From Gnetum montanum (Eukaryota > Plantae > Gnetophyta), in assembly GCA_015680685.1 (NCBI GenBank), contig MNCI01001846.1, forward strand, positions 292,902-356,901: a stretch of 64,000 nucleotides of DNA. The letters are read 5' to 3'. The first letter of the stretch is position 1. Every line of letters begins with the position of its first letter. Shown in pieces: positions 39,978 through 51,062 of this stretch. The position numbers were made by a program, and so were the translations under genes. The notes under the pieces were generated by a model. That model saw only the letters and a list, made by a program, of their open reading frames with translations, was not told the origin of the DNA and searched no databases.

Positions 39978-42025
39978 GTTCCTCATTTTTGTAAATAGTG
40001 TAGCATTTTTTCTATGTTGTGTCTTTCCCACACTGCGGAGTTGTATTTCACTTTTTCAGTTAATAATCCCATACCTATCCACTGTGTAATTAATGGAACT
40101 TGTTCTCCTTGTAACTCGAGGACGAGTTTTCATTCAGTTGTGGGGGTATGATGGGACGCGATATTGCATGGGCCACAATATCGCGTACGCAATATCACGG
40201 CCGTCACGATATCACATTTCCCGCGATATCGCGTTGTCCCCTGCGATATCGCGTACGCGATATCGCAGTCCGCCGCAATATCTATAAATAAGAGCGACTC
40301 TCCCTTATTTGACATCCCAGTTTTAGAGTAGCAAAGCTCTGACAGTTTGATCCCTCTAGAGTTAGTTTATTTTCCAGTGTCTGCCCGCAGTGTGGTGAAT
40401 GTGGTTGTACGGTGTCTTTATTCGAGTGTATCGTACTTGGACACACACATGATCGGCAATAAAGATCAAGATTACTTCATCATTGCAGCATTCACTTTGT
40501 CATTTATTTACTTGTTATTTATTTAATGTTATTTATTGCTTTCATAGCACGATGTAAGTATGACTTGATTACAAGCATTTATGGATGTGTACGACTAGTC
40601 AAGGAATCGGTTGCTTATCGCGATTAGTCTCTCATCCTTAAACTCCTAGAAGCGGAACGAGTACTACTTGGTTACGAGCATTTAAGTGTGACTACTTGGT
40701 AGCCCAGTGGCGTAGCCAGGATCTGTGCTTGGTAATCCCAGTGGTGTATTTGGGATCTACACTTGGTAATCCCAGTGGTGTACCTAGGACCTGCGCTTGG
40801 TAGTCCCAATGGTAGTCGTGCACGAAGTCCAAGATGTGTACGGTTGATCAAGGAATCGGTTGCTCATCGCACTTAGGCTAGAATAGATTCTCTTACCCTT
40901 TCCCTCTTAGCTTAGTTTAGTTAATATTATTTTTCCACTATCATCAGGAGTAGCAGTAGAATAGGAACACATCATACACCTCACTCTGGACTAAAACATA
41001 CGTGACATATGATAAATACTAGTCCAGGTGAGAAGACAGCGAACTATGACCTAAGGTTAACTGTCTAGGTGCCACAACTAGTCCGTCTACGGAGTTCGAC
41101 CGGATCGTGCGTGAAACGCTCGTATTCGTATGGTTGAGCGAAGGGATACCTCGCCGCTCATCATCCACAAAGCTCGTATTTATTGTCGTACACAACTTGC
41201 GTTCAGGTACAAAGCTGCTCGAATAAAGATCTGTTCACTTGGGGACTCCTACTGTGGGCACATGGGAAATTATTCTATCTCTGGAGTGATCAATCTGCCA
41301 GAGCTTCACTACTTTATGCCTATTATTCTCAATAAGGGGAGTGCCGTCTCTTATTTATAGATATGGCGGCTGACCGCGATATCACATACGCGATATCACA
41401 GGGGAAGACGCGATATCGTGGCTCATGCGATATCGCGTCCCATCATTGATAAAAAAGGGATTCAAAATATTGTAGTAGATTACTTATCAAGGTTAAGATG
41501 GGAATTTTAGGAAAATGACGAACTAGTATCAAATCAATTTCTTGATGAAAATTTATTCACAAGAACAACAATTGTTGTAGACTCAATAGTGAAGTTATGA
41601 ATCACTAATTATATGACATATCTTACTACACAAGAGCTTCTTGTTGAATGGGATAAGAAACAAAAAAGAAAAAAGAAAAAGAAAATAGTTTCTCCACAGG
41701 GTAAAAAGGTATATGAAAATTAATGGAAACCTCTATAAAATATGTGTTGACAGGTTGATAAGATGATGCCTTTTAGAAGAAAGTCAACAAAGGGTCATAC
41801 AAATTGCACATGAAATCAATTTCTATAACATTTGCTTTTCCTAGATGTCTTTTTCCTTTTTGAAATCAATCTTCTTAACCATAAAAAGGAATTGGTATTA
41901 AGCAGGTAGGAAGACTTACATTCATCCAATTACATAATATAATTTTCCTAATTCTTGCAACTTTTGCCATTGTGAAGGGCATTTGTTTAATGTTTGTTCT
42001 TTTCTACTAAAAAAAGAAGAAGTTG

Positions 42026-42315
42026 AAGATGGAAAAAACCATCTTAAGGTGAAAAATGAAAAATCTAGTTAATATCAATGCTAAGAATGATTAAATGATA
42101 ATAAAAAATTTAGAAAAGACAAAAGCTTTGCGAATATTTTTACTTGTACTAAATAAAGCATTGATTACTTTGGACAAAGAGCTAAAGATAGAAAAAAACA
42201 ATCTCAAGGTGAAGAAATGAAAAATCTCATTAATATCAATAATAAGAATGATCGAATGATAATAAAGAATTTAGAAAAGACAAAAGCTTATGTGAATATT
42301 TTTACTTGTACTAAA
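42026..42315. repeat. ~160-bp tandem duplication, two diverged copies
   Basis: AAGATGGAAAAAACC...GAATATTTTTACTTGTACTAAA is repeated at ~42185-42315. Confidence 0.8.
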
Positions 42316-44536
42316 GACAGACAAAGAGCTTGTAGGACATTTTTTCATATTTGATAGGAATATTGTCAACTAAAAAAAGTAAAATAAGCATTGAGGTAAA
42401 GGTCACCTAGAAGTTGTTCAATCATCTTTTGGTGAATCTTGCTTTGATGCAAATATTAGCATTAAGCCATAACTCTCTATCTCGAATCCTTTTGCTATTT
42501 TAAGTTCAAGCATGGGTGTTGAAAGTGATCTAAATGTTGTTAGGATTGGAATCTCCTCCTTACTAACAATTAATTTTCATCACCTGCATTTTAAAGCATC
42601 AATTGTAAGGTTGTATACTTAAGCAAACATTTCTAAAATTGGGATATTTTATCTTTCTATATTATTTTTTATGTTGTCTATTCTATGTCAAATATGTGAT
42701 GTACTTTAAATTTATTTTTCTGCTTATTATTAATATTTTTTAAGGCCATGAAGAAGTAAGATATGTAATTGCCTCGAAATCCTCCTTTTCAAGGTAAAAC
42801 TCTTAATTGAATAGCTCAAATTATAAGTGTGATTCTCATGAATATTAACAGGATATAAAGGTCTATTTTGAGTATGTATTCTGAGGTTAAATATTGTTAA
42901 AAATAAATGTTTTCCCTTCCCACCTTTACTTAAAACAAGGTCAACATCTTACGCAAAGCTAAATGTCTTCCATGAAGAAGTAAGATACTTTGTTAGGAGG
43001 CTAAGCAAGGAGAGTAGGTGGGAGAATGAACGGAACACAGAGACTGTTTGCACCGAAGGCTCTGCAAACGCATTTGCAGGCTTCCATCTTAGCATGCACC
43101 AGCAAAAACGAGAAAAAGAGCGTAAGTCGGTAGCAAAATCTGCGACGGTGAAAATTCAACATCAAAGTGTTGGAAAACAGTTTTAACTTTGAATATTTCC
43201 TAAATTCGTAATGAAACTGCATCGCAAGTCTCCTCCATTTTATGTCTTTTGGTGACGAGATTCCCCCTCACTTGGGTGACTTGGAAGAATGCCAAAAATG
43301 AGTAATGGCGTTAATCTTTGCCAACGCCATTCTCAAGTGGAGCAGAGTGCTTACTACTCATCGTATTCGTCGTCTGCTTTCTTCCTCCAGATGTGGACTT
43401 TTCTTACAAGAAGGTAAAATTACGTGCACTCTACTTTAATGTCGTTAGGTATAATGCTGAGTGAGCGAAAACTACCTGTGATTTGTTTTTGTTTTCTTCT
43501 CCATTTTAACTAGTACCCATGTAATTAGTCATATGGCAAGTGTAATAGGGATTCTGGCGTCGTTTCTTTTAAAATACAAGGTTGCCTCTGATATATAAAT
43601 GGAAAAATCTATCCAACGCATTTCCAGTAGAAATTTTGATGTAATATTTAGTAAAAGTGTTGATTCCAACACTAGAATGATATTAAAATATGAAATTTAC
43701 CGACTTGATTGTTTTGGACTAAGTGTAACAAGATGTCAGATACAAGAATTTGAAAGAACTCTCAAATTTTTTGAACTTAAAGATGGCCTGTGAAATAAAG
43801 TTTAACAATAGCAGGTCAGTGCAATACTACTTAGGTTTTGGATATTGATTTACATAGCGTTACCAAGTGAATCATGTTAAAAGATATTGAGACACCCACA
43901 AGACACTGCTGTGATTCTGCTTTACATCCCTGAAAAACATATATTCAGAGAAATTATGTGAAAAGGATTGAATGGTTGACACAAGCAAAAATGTGATGCG
44001 AATTATCCAATTCAAAATTAGCCATGCTTTAGGCCATAAGGTTAAATTAATTAGGGATGACAACGTTGTTGTTGCAATAGAATGTAAATGTGTCCTTGTG
44101 AGTTTTTGTGTTCTTGTGCTATTGGATCTACATGCTCATGCTTCAAATAAAAATGACTGCCTATTTGGAGTTCAACACTTTGCGCTTTTGTTCATGAATA
44201 AGGGGAAAAATTAGTTAAGTGGTTGGTGTTTGGACCAAGATAATTCATAATTGTGTAATGAATTTTTAATGTCATAAGCCATCCATGGATCACAATCTAC
44301 AGATAAAACAGCAAAGAACTAGGAATGGAATTGTTATCTTGGAAGAGTGATTCTTTTCTCCTTACTGATCATAACATGCTTAAATATCAATTTTTGCCAG
44401 GAATTGACCTTGTGTTTCTTTACACACACAAGATTTATGCCCAATCTGTGACCAAACTATTACCTGTGGTGGACTTCAAAGGCTTGCTTCCAGGCACTTC
44501 AATTTTAATTACGTAATAAAAAAGGCTGTCATCCTA

Positions 44537-44703
44537 AAAGGATCATCACCTAGAGACTCAATGCTCATCCTACCAAGTAGGTTTGTGTGAGGGCTGGTAG
44601 ATAAGTGAAAATCTAACCTCTTTTCAAGTGGCTGTTCTCAAGCTTGAACCTAGGTATTACAACCTATGAAATGAGTACCTTACCATCACTCCAACCTGAC
44701 AAT
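44537..44703 (-). mobile_element. Au-like tRNA-derived SINE, full length, with 14-bp TSD
   Basis: Minus strand shows A-box TGGAGTGATGG, B-box GGTTCAAGC, GAGAACAGCCACTTG and a T-tail. Flanked by AGGCTGTCATCCTA at 44523-44536 and 44704-44717. Confidence 0.85.
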
Positions 44704-45713
44704 AGGCTGTCATCCTATATTATTGAAATTACTAGGTTGTAGTCTTTTTGTTTGGTAGTATTTTTTTGAATGGATTATGCATTTACATACATGGCATGCT
44801 TTTTAACCTTACATATCTATTTTAAAGATGTTATCCTGAAGAAATGTGTTTCTGATCAATGGCCACAAGGAGTCTACATTATGGGTTAAATTTTTTTATG
44901 GACTTGTATGACTTATATTTATAACTTCTGCATAGTCATTGTAGTTGGTTATTTCATGTTCTCAAATAGTTGTTCCTTAGGTATTCCATTTCAGAGTTTG
45001 GCTTACCCACATGCATTGAGATTGTTATTGCAACATCCAGTATGGTGTCAACCAGAAATTGTTCTGATAAATAACACATTCAATCGCAGGTATTGTTATG
45101 TCTTTCCCAGTTTTGCTTGTAATCTCTTTTCTTATATAATGTACCAAGTTATTTGTGTTAGGCCATTGTACTTATTCGTTTGTTATCATTAGGTAGCATA
45201 TAGATTGGTCAAATTCACTGTTGCATTTTGTCTATTCAAGTGGCTTCTCATTTATTCATTTTGGAAATCTTGATGAATGAAATTCACCTTGGTGCTGTTG
45301 ATTTGCATTAATAATTCTACCTATTTCAGCATCTACATTTCCTTACGTATCTGTCATTATACATGGAAGCTTCATTATACATGGAATCTTAATGATGGGA
45401 TAACTGTGATAACTCTTTATTTGAGATGAACTTTTGACATTTTCTTAATTGCATGGAATCTCACAGGTGGCTAACCATGTTAGGTCAATCAAATGAAGAT
45501 CATTGCCATCCAGATTTCTTAACATACGTGAGATCAACATTAGAGAATCTTGAAGGTTTTGTATCTATTTAATTGTTCTTTATGCCCAATTTTGTTCCAC
45601 TGTTTAGCACACATTTTACTATAGAATCTTGAAGGCTCCTGACTTTCAAGAACACATTTTTTATAAGCTGATCATGATAACATTGTATTTGTTGCTTTCA
45701 TGTAAAAAATAAA

Positions 45714-45792
45714 GGAGGTGACTTTTCAGTTAAGGAGTGTGATTTGCAACCCCAAGTCACAGGCTCAATCCCTACAGGCTGCTGAGATTTAC
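45714..45792 (+). mobile_element. Degenerate tRNA-derived SINE head
   Basis: tRNA-like layout with TTTGCAA loop and B-box-like GGCTCAATCC. Confidence 0.3.
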
Positions 45793-48700
45793 AGGCATTA
45801 TGTAAAAATTGTTGAAACTGAACTGGTCCAATAGATCCATGGAGTCTAGATGTAATTAAAAATAATTTCATAAAGTATATTCCGTGTTTGTAGTGATTTT
45901 CTTGTTGTTTGTGGTTTGATTTTTATTGATATGCATACTCTTTAGTATCAAACCATTATTTTTTTAGCAAGTAATGATTTTTCTACTCAAAGTCAACCAT
46001 AGTTATCCAACCAATCAATTTCATGTTTAAGGGCCAGTTCAGCATGAAACTTGACTTGTTCAGTTTTTAATTTTCGGTTCTCATTTTGAGTGCATGATAA
46101 TATGTAGGTGGCCAAAAAAGTTTTTTCCCACTAACATAGAAGAAGGATGATGACCTTTATAACCTATTTTTTACAGGATTCTTGGCCATTCAATTAGTTG
46201 TTTGGCTAAGGGATGTTGATTTGTAAAGTGTCACCTGCAAAAGAACGATTTTATCATAGTAAGTTTTGTTGATCAAGCACTAAGGGTATGGCACAAGTGT
46301 TGTTGTTTGTTTCATGTAGTAGAAAAGATATCATCGCTACTCTAGAATTTGAACTTGGACTGTGGAATTTGTCTTTCTGTTTTTTCAACCAAAAAAGAAA
46401 AAAAAAAAGCAACAGCTTTTTTAATCTCTTAGAAGCCTGATGTCTCAAATATCTCCAAGTAAAATGCTAGTGGTTTCAGATGTTTATTACGATAGGTTTC
46501 AATGTTTTATTTGGAAACAAATCCATGGAGATTCTCCTTCTGCAGTAACAATATTTTCAGTAACTTAGAAACAAGATATTTTGCAATATTCTGCTAGGAA
46601 ACATAAATAAAATTTATTGCATTAAACTTTGACATTTTGGCCTTTATTGGTTGCTTTACCAATAGTAATATACCTAACAACCTGGCAAACGCTCTGTTGG
46701 GAAATAATTGTTAGTTGTTCTTCTTGAAGCACACTTGGTGATGTGTTTGTAGTAGGCAATCATTATATATAGAGGTAGCTTTGGTTTCATGTGCATTTTA
46801 TATGTAGTTTGGTTGCATGTTTTATTGAATATTTTCATTAAATAAATTTTAGTTATAGATTCATTTTTCAGGTTATTCATATCAATGGCTCAACTTGAAG
46901 AATGATAAGAGAGAATCATGGGGCAAAGTTGGAGTCTTCCTTGTAGCTGTTAATTCATTTTTCAAGAATGATATGTTACCTATTAATGAACGCTCTATTG
47001 TAATAGACAGTTTGAAATAGGTTCAACACTACTGGCTTAGACATGTTCAGATGAGCTTGATTTGAATATTTGTACATTTTATTATTAAACCCACAAAAGT
47101 GTTTTACTTTTATTAATTGTGACGGAATTCCAAAGCTCCAAATTTTTGGAGTTTAGAATACTTTTTCATGTAGTAGTAGTTACCATATTAGAGAAGTTGA
47201 AATGGCAGTTTTGAAGAACTTTATCACCTTTCCGATTCTTCTATCATCCAGATGTTTCAGCAAGGTCAGTTCTAACCAACACATTCATAATCAATTGTGA
47301 GGTTGTATTACAGCCTTCTTGTGGAAACAATCTTTGTCAGCCTCAGATGTCATCCAACTATTATAACTAAAAGAGTTTTACTAAATGAACTCTATGTTCT
47401 TCATCATTGAAACTGTGATGATGTAGTGGGACTGGATGGATATTAACTGCTAAACTGCAAGCCTTCAGAAATTCCTCATATATTTCTCATTGTTTTATGT
47501 GAAGTCAGATTTGACTGCAACTCACGATGTACCTTTTCAATCCTGTTAAAATTATTTCATTGTTTATTAAATATATGTTTGTTTACGATGGCACCATCTG
47601 CTTGCTAGCCATTGCATTACTTTTCTATATTTAGCACATATTGTTTATCTGATTTTATTTGTATTACTGTCTATTTCCAGACATAGATGGATCCAATTAC
47701 CTATTCAGTAATTGCAATGGTCAACTTGCATTAAACAGAGTGGCTTCAACACCTGACAAGATAATAGCAGGTAAGGATTGTTTAGTTTTATAAAAATTCT
47801 TTCTGTAAATTTAAGGACCAACCAAAGCCTTGCATGCCTTAAAACTCACAGACATCAAAATGTGCAGTATGTTTTGCATAATAGTGTTGGGGTCTGAATG
47901 CCAAGATACTTGGGCTGATGGGACTGCAATTATAGTTTCAGTTGTGAATGATTAACTTGATTTTTTTATGTATGGATTTTCAGTAAATTATATGCATGTA
48001 TATTTCATTTTAATCATGAATATTAAGACAACAGGTTGGTTTGGTTATGTATGTAGTTTATGGGTCATGTCCAGGTTAATTTTCTTGCAGGAGTGGCATT
48101 TATGGGTGAAAACATTCTAGTGAACTTATTGCCGCATGAATCACTTAACTTATTGTCATCTTTGTTGCCTTTATCCTGTTGAATTGGGAATACTAGACTG
48201 GTGATTTGAAGATATCTTTATGGTTTTATCATTTTTATTGTGCCCCCAGGTGGCATAGGTGGACTTGTACCTTGAACCCAATATTTATAAGAGAGCTGTG
48301 GCTGCAATTCAAGGTACACCTACGTTTTCATTAAATTATCAGTTGAATAAAAAATTAATAAATTACACATTGATCAGAGACCTTGGGCAATGCATTGGAT
48401 TGAAGCTTCTTGGAATGTATGAGGAAACAGAATGAGGAGCATGGATCTCTGATACGTTATGTCACAAAAACGATATAACTGTGTTCACATTTATGTAAAC
48501 ATTATGTTGATGTATCCCATCCAGCAACCTAGGAGAATAGTGAATTTGCATTTTTTACTACTGGGGAGACTATAACATTTCCATCAATCCTATGACAAGG
48601 TTAAGTGTGAAGACATATCAACAGTGGTCAGGTCAACATATAGATGCATAAATAAGCCACCAAGTATGGCTGTACTATTAGAATTGAAATCATTTGTACA

Positions 48701-49583
48701 TCATCTATTTATATAAATTTACCATAATATAGAGCTTGCAATACATTATATGTCATGGTCTGTTTAATCCAACTTAACATACTCAACAGTCTGTGAATAT
48801 TCAATCTTGATGGGCATTAATTTCCTTTTAAGAGCATGAGATCTAGAAATTATCTACGTGTTTCTAGAATTGATGCAGTATTAAGGGTTCTTTTGCTCTT
48901 TTACTCTGCAATGATTGTTTTATGTAATGTAGAAATGTACCTTTTAATAATCTTTCTCAACTTCTGGAACCATTTTGTTAAATGAATGATATTATTTTTA
49001 CAAACAATTCTAAAAGTAATTTTATGCATACCAACTTGACCTTATTGTTATCTGCTGCAGTCTGAATTCCTGTATAGTGTTTTAACTATCTATGTCCTAG
49101 CATGGAAATAATTAATTTATTTTTCTAACATGTATTTTTTAAACCTCATGAATTTTACATGCTTGCTTCACAGATGTTAAACATTATCTTGATCTACATG
49201 ATTCTGAATTTTTATCTGAGCTATCAAGTTGTAGTTCTAACGAAGGACTCGGGTTAAAACAAGTTCGACCGTTAAAAGATCCTGTTGTGTGTCACTTATG
49301 GAGAGACTTCTTACTGTTTTTTCCTTGTAATTTTATATTGCTTCTTCATGGAGGATTGTATGGATGTAATTAATATGTTCATGTTACAAGATCAATTGAT
49401 GCGTATACCTCTATGCATTCTGCAATAAATAATTCCTTATTTAGTACAATTTGCTTCTTGAAAACATATTAGCCATTGACATGCATAATAGACAAGCCTT
49501 AAACACACAGTTAATTTTAAAGTAACTATTTTTATATTTTATGTTAAATTGTCATTTATATTAGTATAGAATCTAAATATTTT

Positions 49584-49985
49584 ATCATCATCATCCTAGC
49601 CTTATCTCAAATACATAGGATTGGTTATATGAATTCTTTTCCGGCATTCACTTCTATTAAGAGCGAGATAAATAGTAAATCTGATGTCTTTCTTTAAATT
49701 TACAAACTATGTATGTTTATGTCTACCTCTTTATTATTTATCCTTGACTTTAATAAAGTGACTTCTTCTAACAGGGTGCTTTTTTTTTTTACTAAACTAT
49801 CTAAGGCAACTTTCTTTAATCTTCCTATCTATTAGTGCTATTCCCAAACTTCTCCTAATAAAATAGTTGTTGAATAGATTTGTCTCAGTCACATTCAACA
49901 TCTACTTCAATCATTTACATTTACATTTCTGCCACATGTATGCATTGAACCTGCTACTTCTTGATATGTCAACATTTAGTACCAT
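49584..49985 (-). mobile_element. RTE-clade LINE 3' fragment
   Basis: Minus strand encodes an ECRKRIHITNP-like RT C-terminus and ends GGCTAGGATGATGATG (microsatellite tail). Confidence 0.7.
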
Positions 49986-50019
49986 GAAGGATCGTAGATT
50001 TGATTGCAATTTTTTAGGG

Positions 50020-50495
50020 ATGAAACTATGAAAGAAAAATGACAATCCTTAAAGTAGAATCATACATGGGATTTAGTGCCTTTGTCTAAAGGGAGAAAAC
50101 ATATAAAGCATAATTGTCAGTAAAAAGGTTTGCATAGAAACCTGGTATTGATTTTAGAGATTTTTTTTTCACCAGTTGCTAAACATTCTTGAATTATAAT
50201 TGCTTTATCATTGGTTGCTTATTTGGACTTGGAATTGAAAGGGATAGAAAGAGCAAGTTGTGAGGGTTAAGTCCAGAAGAATACATTTCCAATATGTTTT
50301 CTGGTATGTTTGATTCAAATGTGATTAGTTCTCCTCGTGCCTCTGATTTTCAAGTTAAGCAAAAATAATTTTTTCAAAACTTTAGTAGAAAGAGCACAGA
50401 TGGAAACTATACCGTATAACTCTACAATTGGTTCAATGATATGTGTTACAGTTTGCACCAGGCCTGTCCAGCTCATGTTGCTGGTTTTGTAAGCT
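50020..50495 (+). mobile_element. Heavily deleted copia RT remnant
   Basis: NHTWDLVPLSKGRK, GIDF..FSPVAKHS and PYNSTIGSMICVTVCTRP fragments. Confidence 0.7.
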
Positions 50496-50799
50496 ATTTT
50501 GTGTAATGTTAACTTTATGTTGTAAAGGGGACTTAGAAGGTTCCATATAAATCTGAAAAAGTAATTTTAGGGAGTTTATAGAGGGATGTAGAAACTGTTG
50601 TGAGGGCTATAATGAAAGATTGGCTATATGTGTTTTGTAAGCTTGTTGGGGCTTACATGCTTCTTGTACTTAGGGATTGATTTGCCCTAATTTGTTTTAA
50701 TACAATAGCTGTGCACTTTTGCTACAAGAGTTCTTTTTTGCCATTCGTTTTTAATACATAGCAATATTTTATGATAAAGATACTAAGACCTATCCTATT

Positions 50800-50895
50800 C
50801 ATCATCATCATCCTAGCCTTGTCACAACAAAATGGGGTTGGCTACAAGAGTTCTTTTTTGCCATTCGCCTCTATGAAGAGCTAGATCTTTGTTTA
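50800..50895 (-). mobile_element. RTE-clade LINE 3' end
   Basis: CATCATCATCATCCTAGCCTTGTC...TTCTTTTTTGCCATTC, the same end as the 49584 copy. Confidence 0.6.
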
Positions 50896-50921
50896 TTTGA
50901 ATGACATTTGGGGAATGTCCT

Positions 50922-51062
50922 AAAAGGATCAAAAGGATCATCAACTGGAGCCACATTGCTCATGCCGCTAAGCAGGATCCTCGAAGGGTTAGTAGATGAA
51001 CGAAAGTCTAACCTCTTCGAGTGGCTGTGCTTAAGTTCGAACCCAAGTCTTTGACTTGAGAA
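50922..51062 (-). mobile_element. Second, 5'-truncated copy of the Au-like SINE
   Basis: AAAAGGATCATCA...TGCTCAT...TCTAACCTCTT...AGTGGCTGT...GAACC aligns with 44537-44660. Confidence 0.75.

Larger units (their letters stand above)
32264..41163 (+). mobile_element. Athila-type element D, structurally complete but pol-less (gag + accessory ORF2), inserted in the 5' LTR of C
   Basis: Perfect TSD TCCAC (32259-32263 / 41164-41168). LTRs 32264-33261 and 40149-41163. Perfect PBS TGGCGCCGTTGCCGGGGA at 33263-33280 and PPT GTTGTGGGGGTA at 40137-40148. No protease, RT, RNase H or integrase motifs seen between the LTRs. Confidence 0.95.
25247..41445 (-). mobile_element. Athila-type element C, non-autonomous (gag + protease, no RT/RH/INT), inserted in pol of A
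   Basis: Perfect TSD TTGAT (25242-25246 / 41446-41450). 3' LTR 25247-26172 with PPT TTAGTCATGGGGGTA. 5' LTR 31612-32263 plus 41169-41445, split by D. PBS TGGCGCCATTGCTGGGGA at 31593-31610. Confidence 0.93.
12419..41820 (+). mobile_element. Athila-type gypsy element A (oldest, gag-pol), host of B and C/D; 3'-truncated in integrase
   Basis: 5' LTR 12419-13297 (TGATGA...CTCATCA) and decayed tRNA-Asp PBS TGGCATCGTTGCTAGGGA at 13299. Gag from ATG 13436 to 14710, resuming at 21827. Protease LLDSGSRVNLI ~23190, RT (QRRLNPKLKEIIKQELEKLLKAGFIY; EVFVNDFS ~24515), RNase H to QEFDITMID 25246, resuming KKGIQNIVVDYLSR at 41451. No 3' LTR found. Confidence 0.9.

Noticed and set aside
40216-40223. E2F-like TTTCCCGC in the D 3' LTR array
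   Set aside because: Absent from the 5' LTR and the other family LTRs, so probably incidental.
42395-42470. Ankyrin-like peptide KGHLEVVQ
   Set aside because: Single short motif surrounded by stops, with no second repeat; may be chance.
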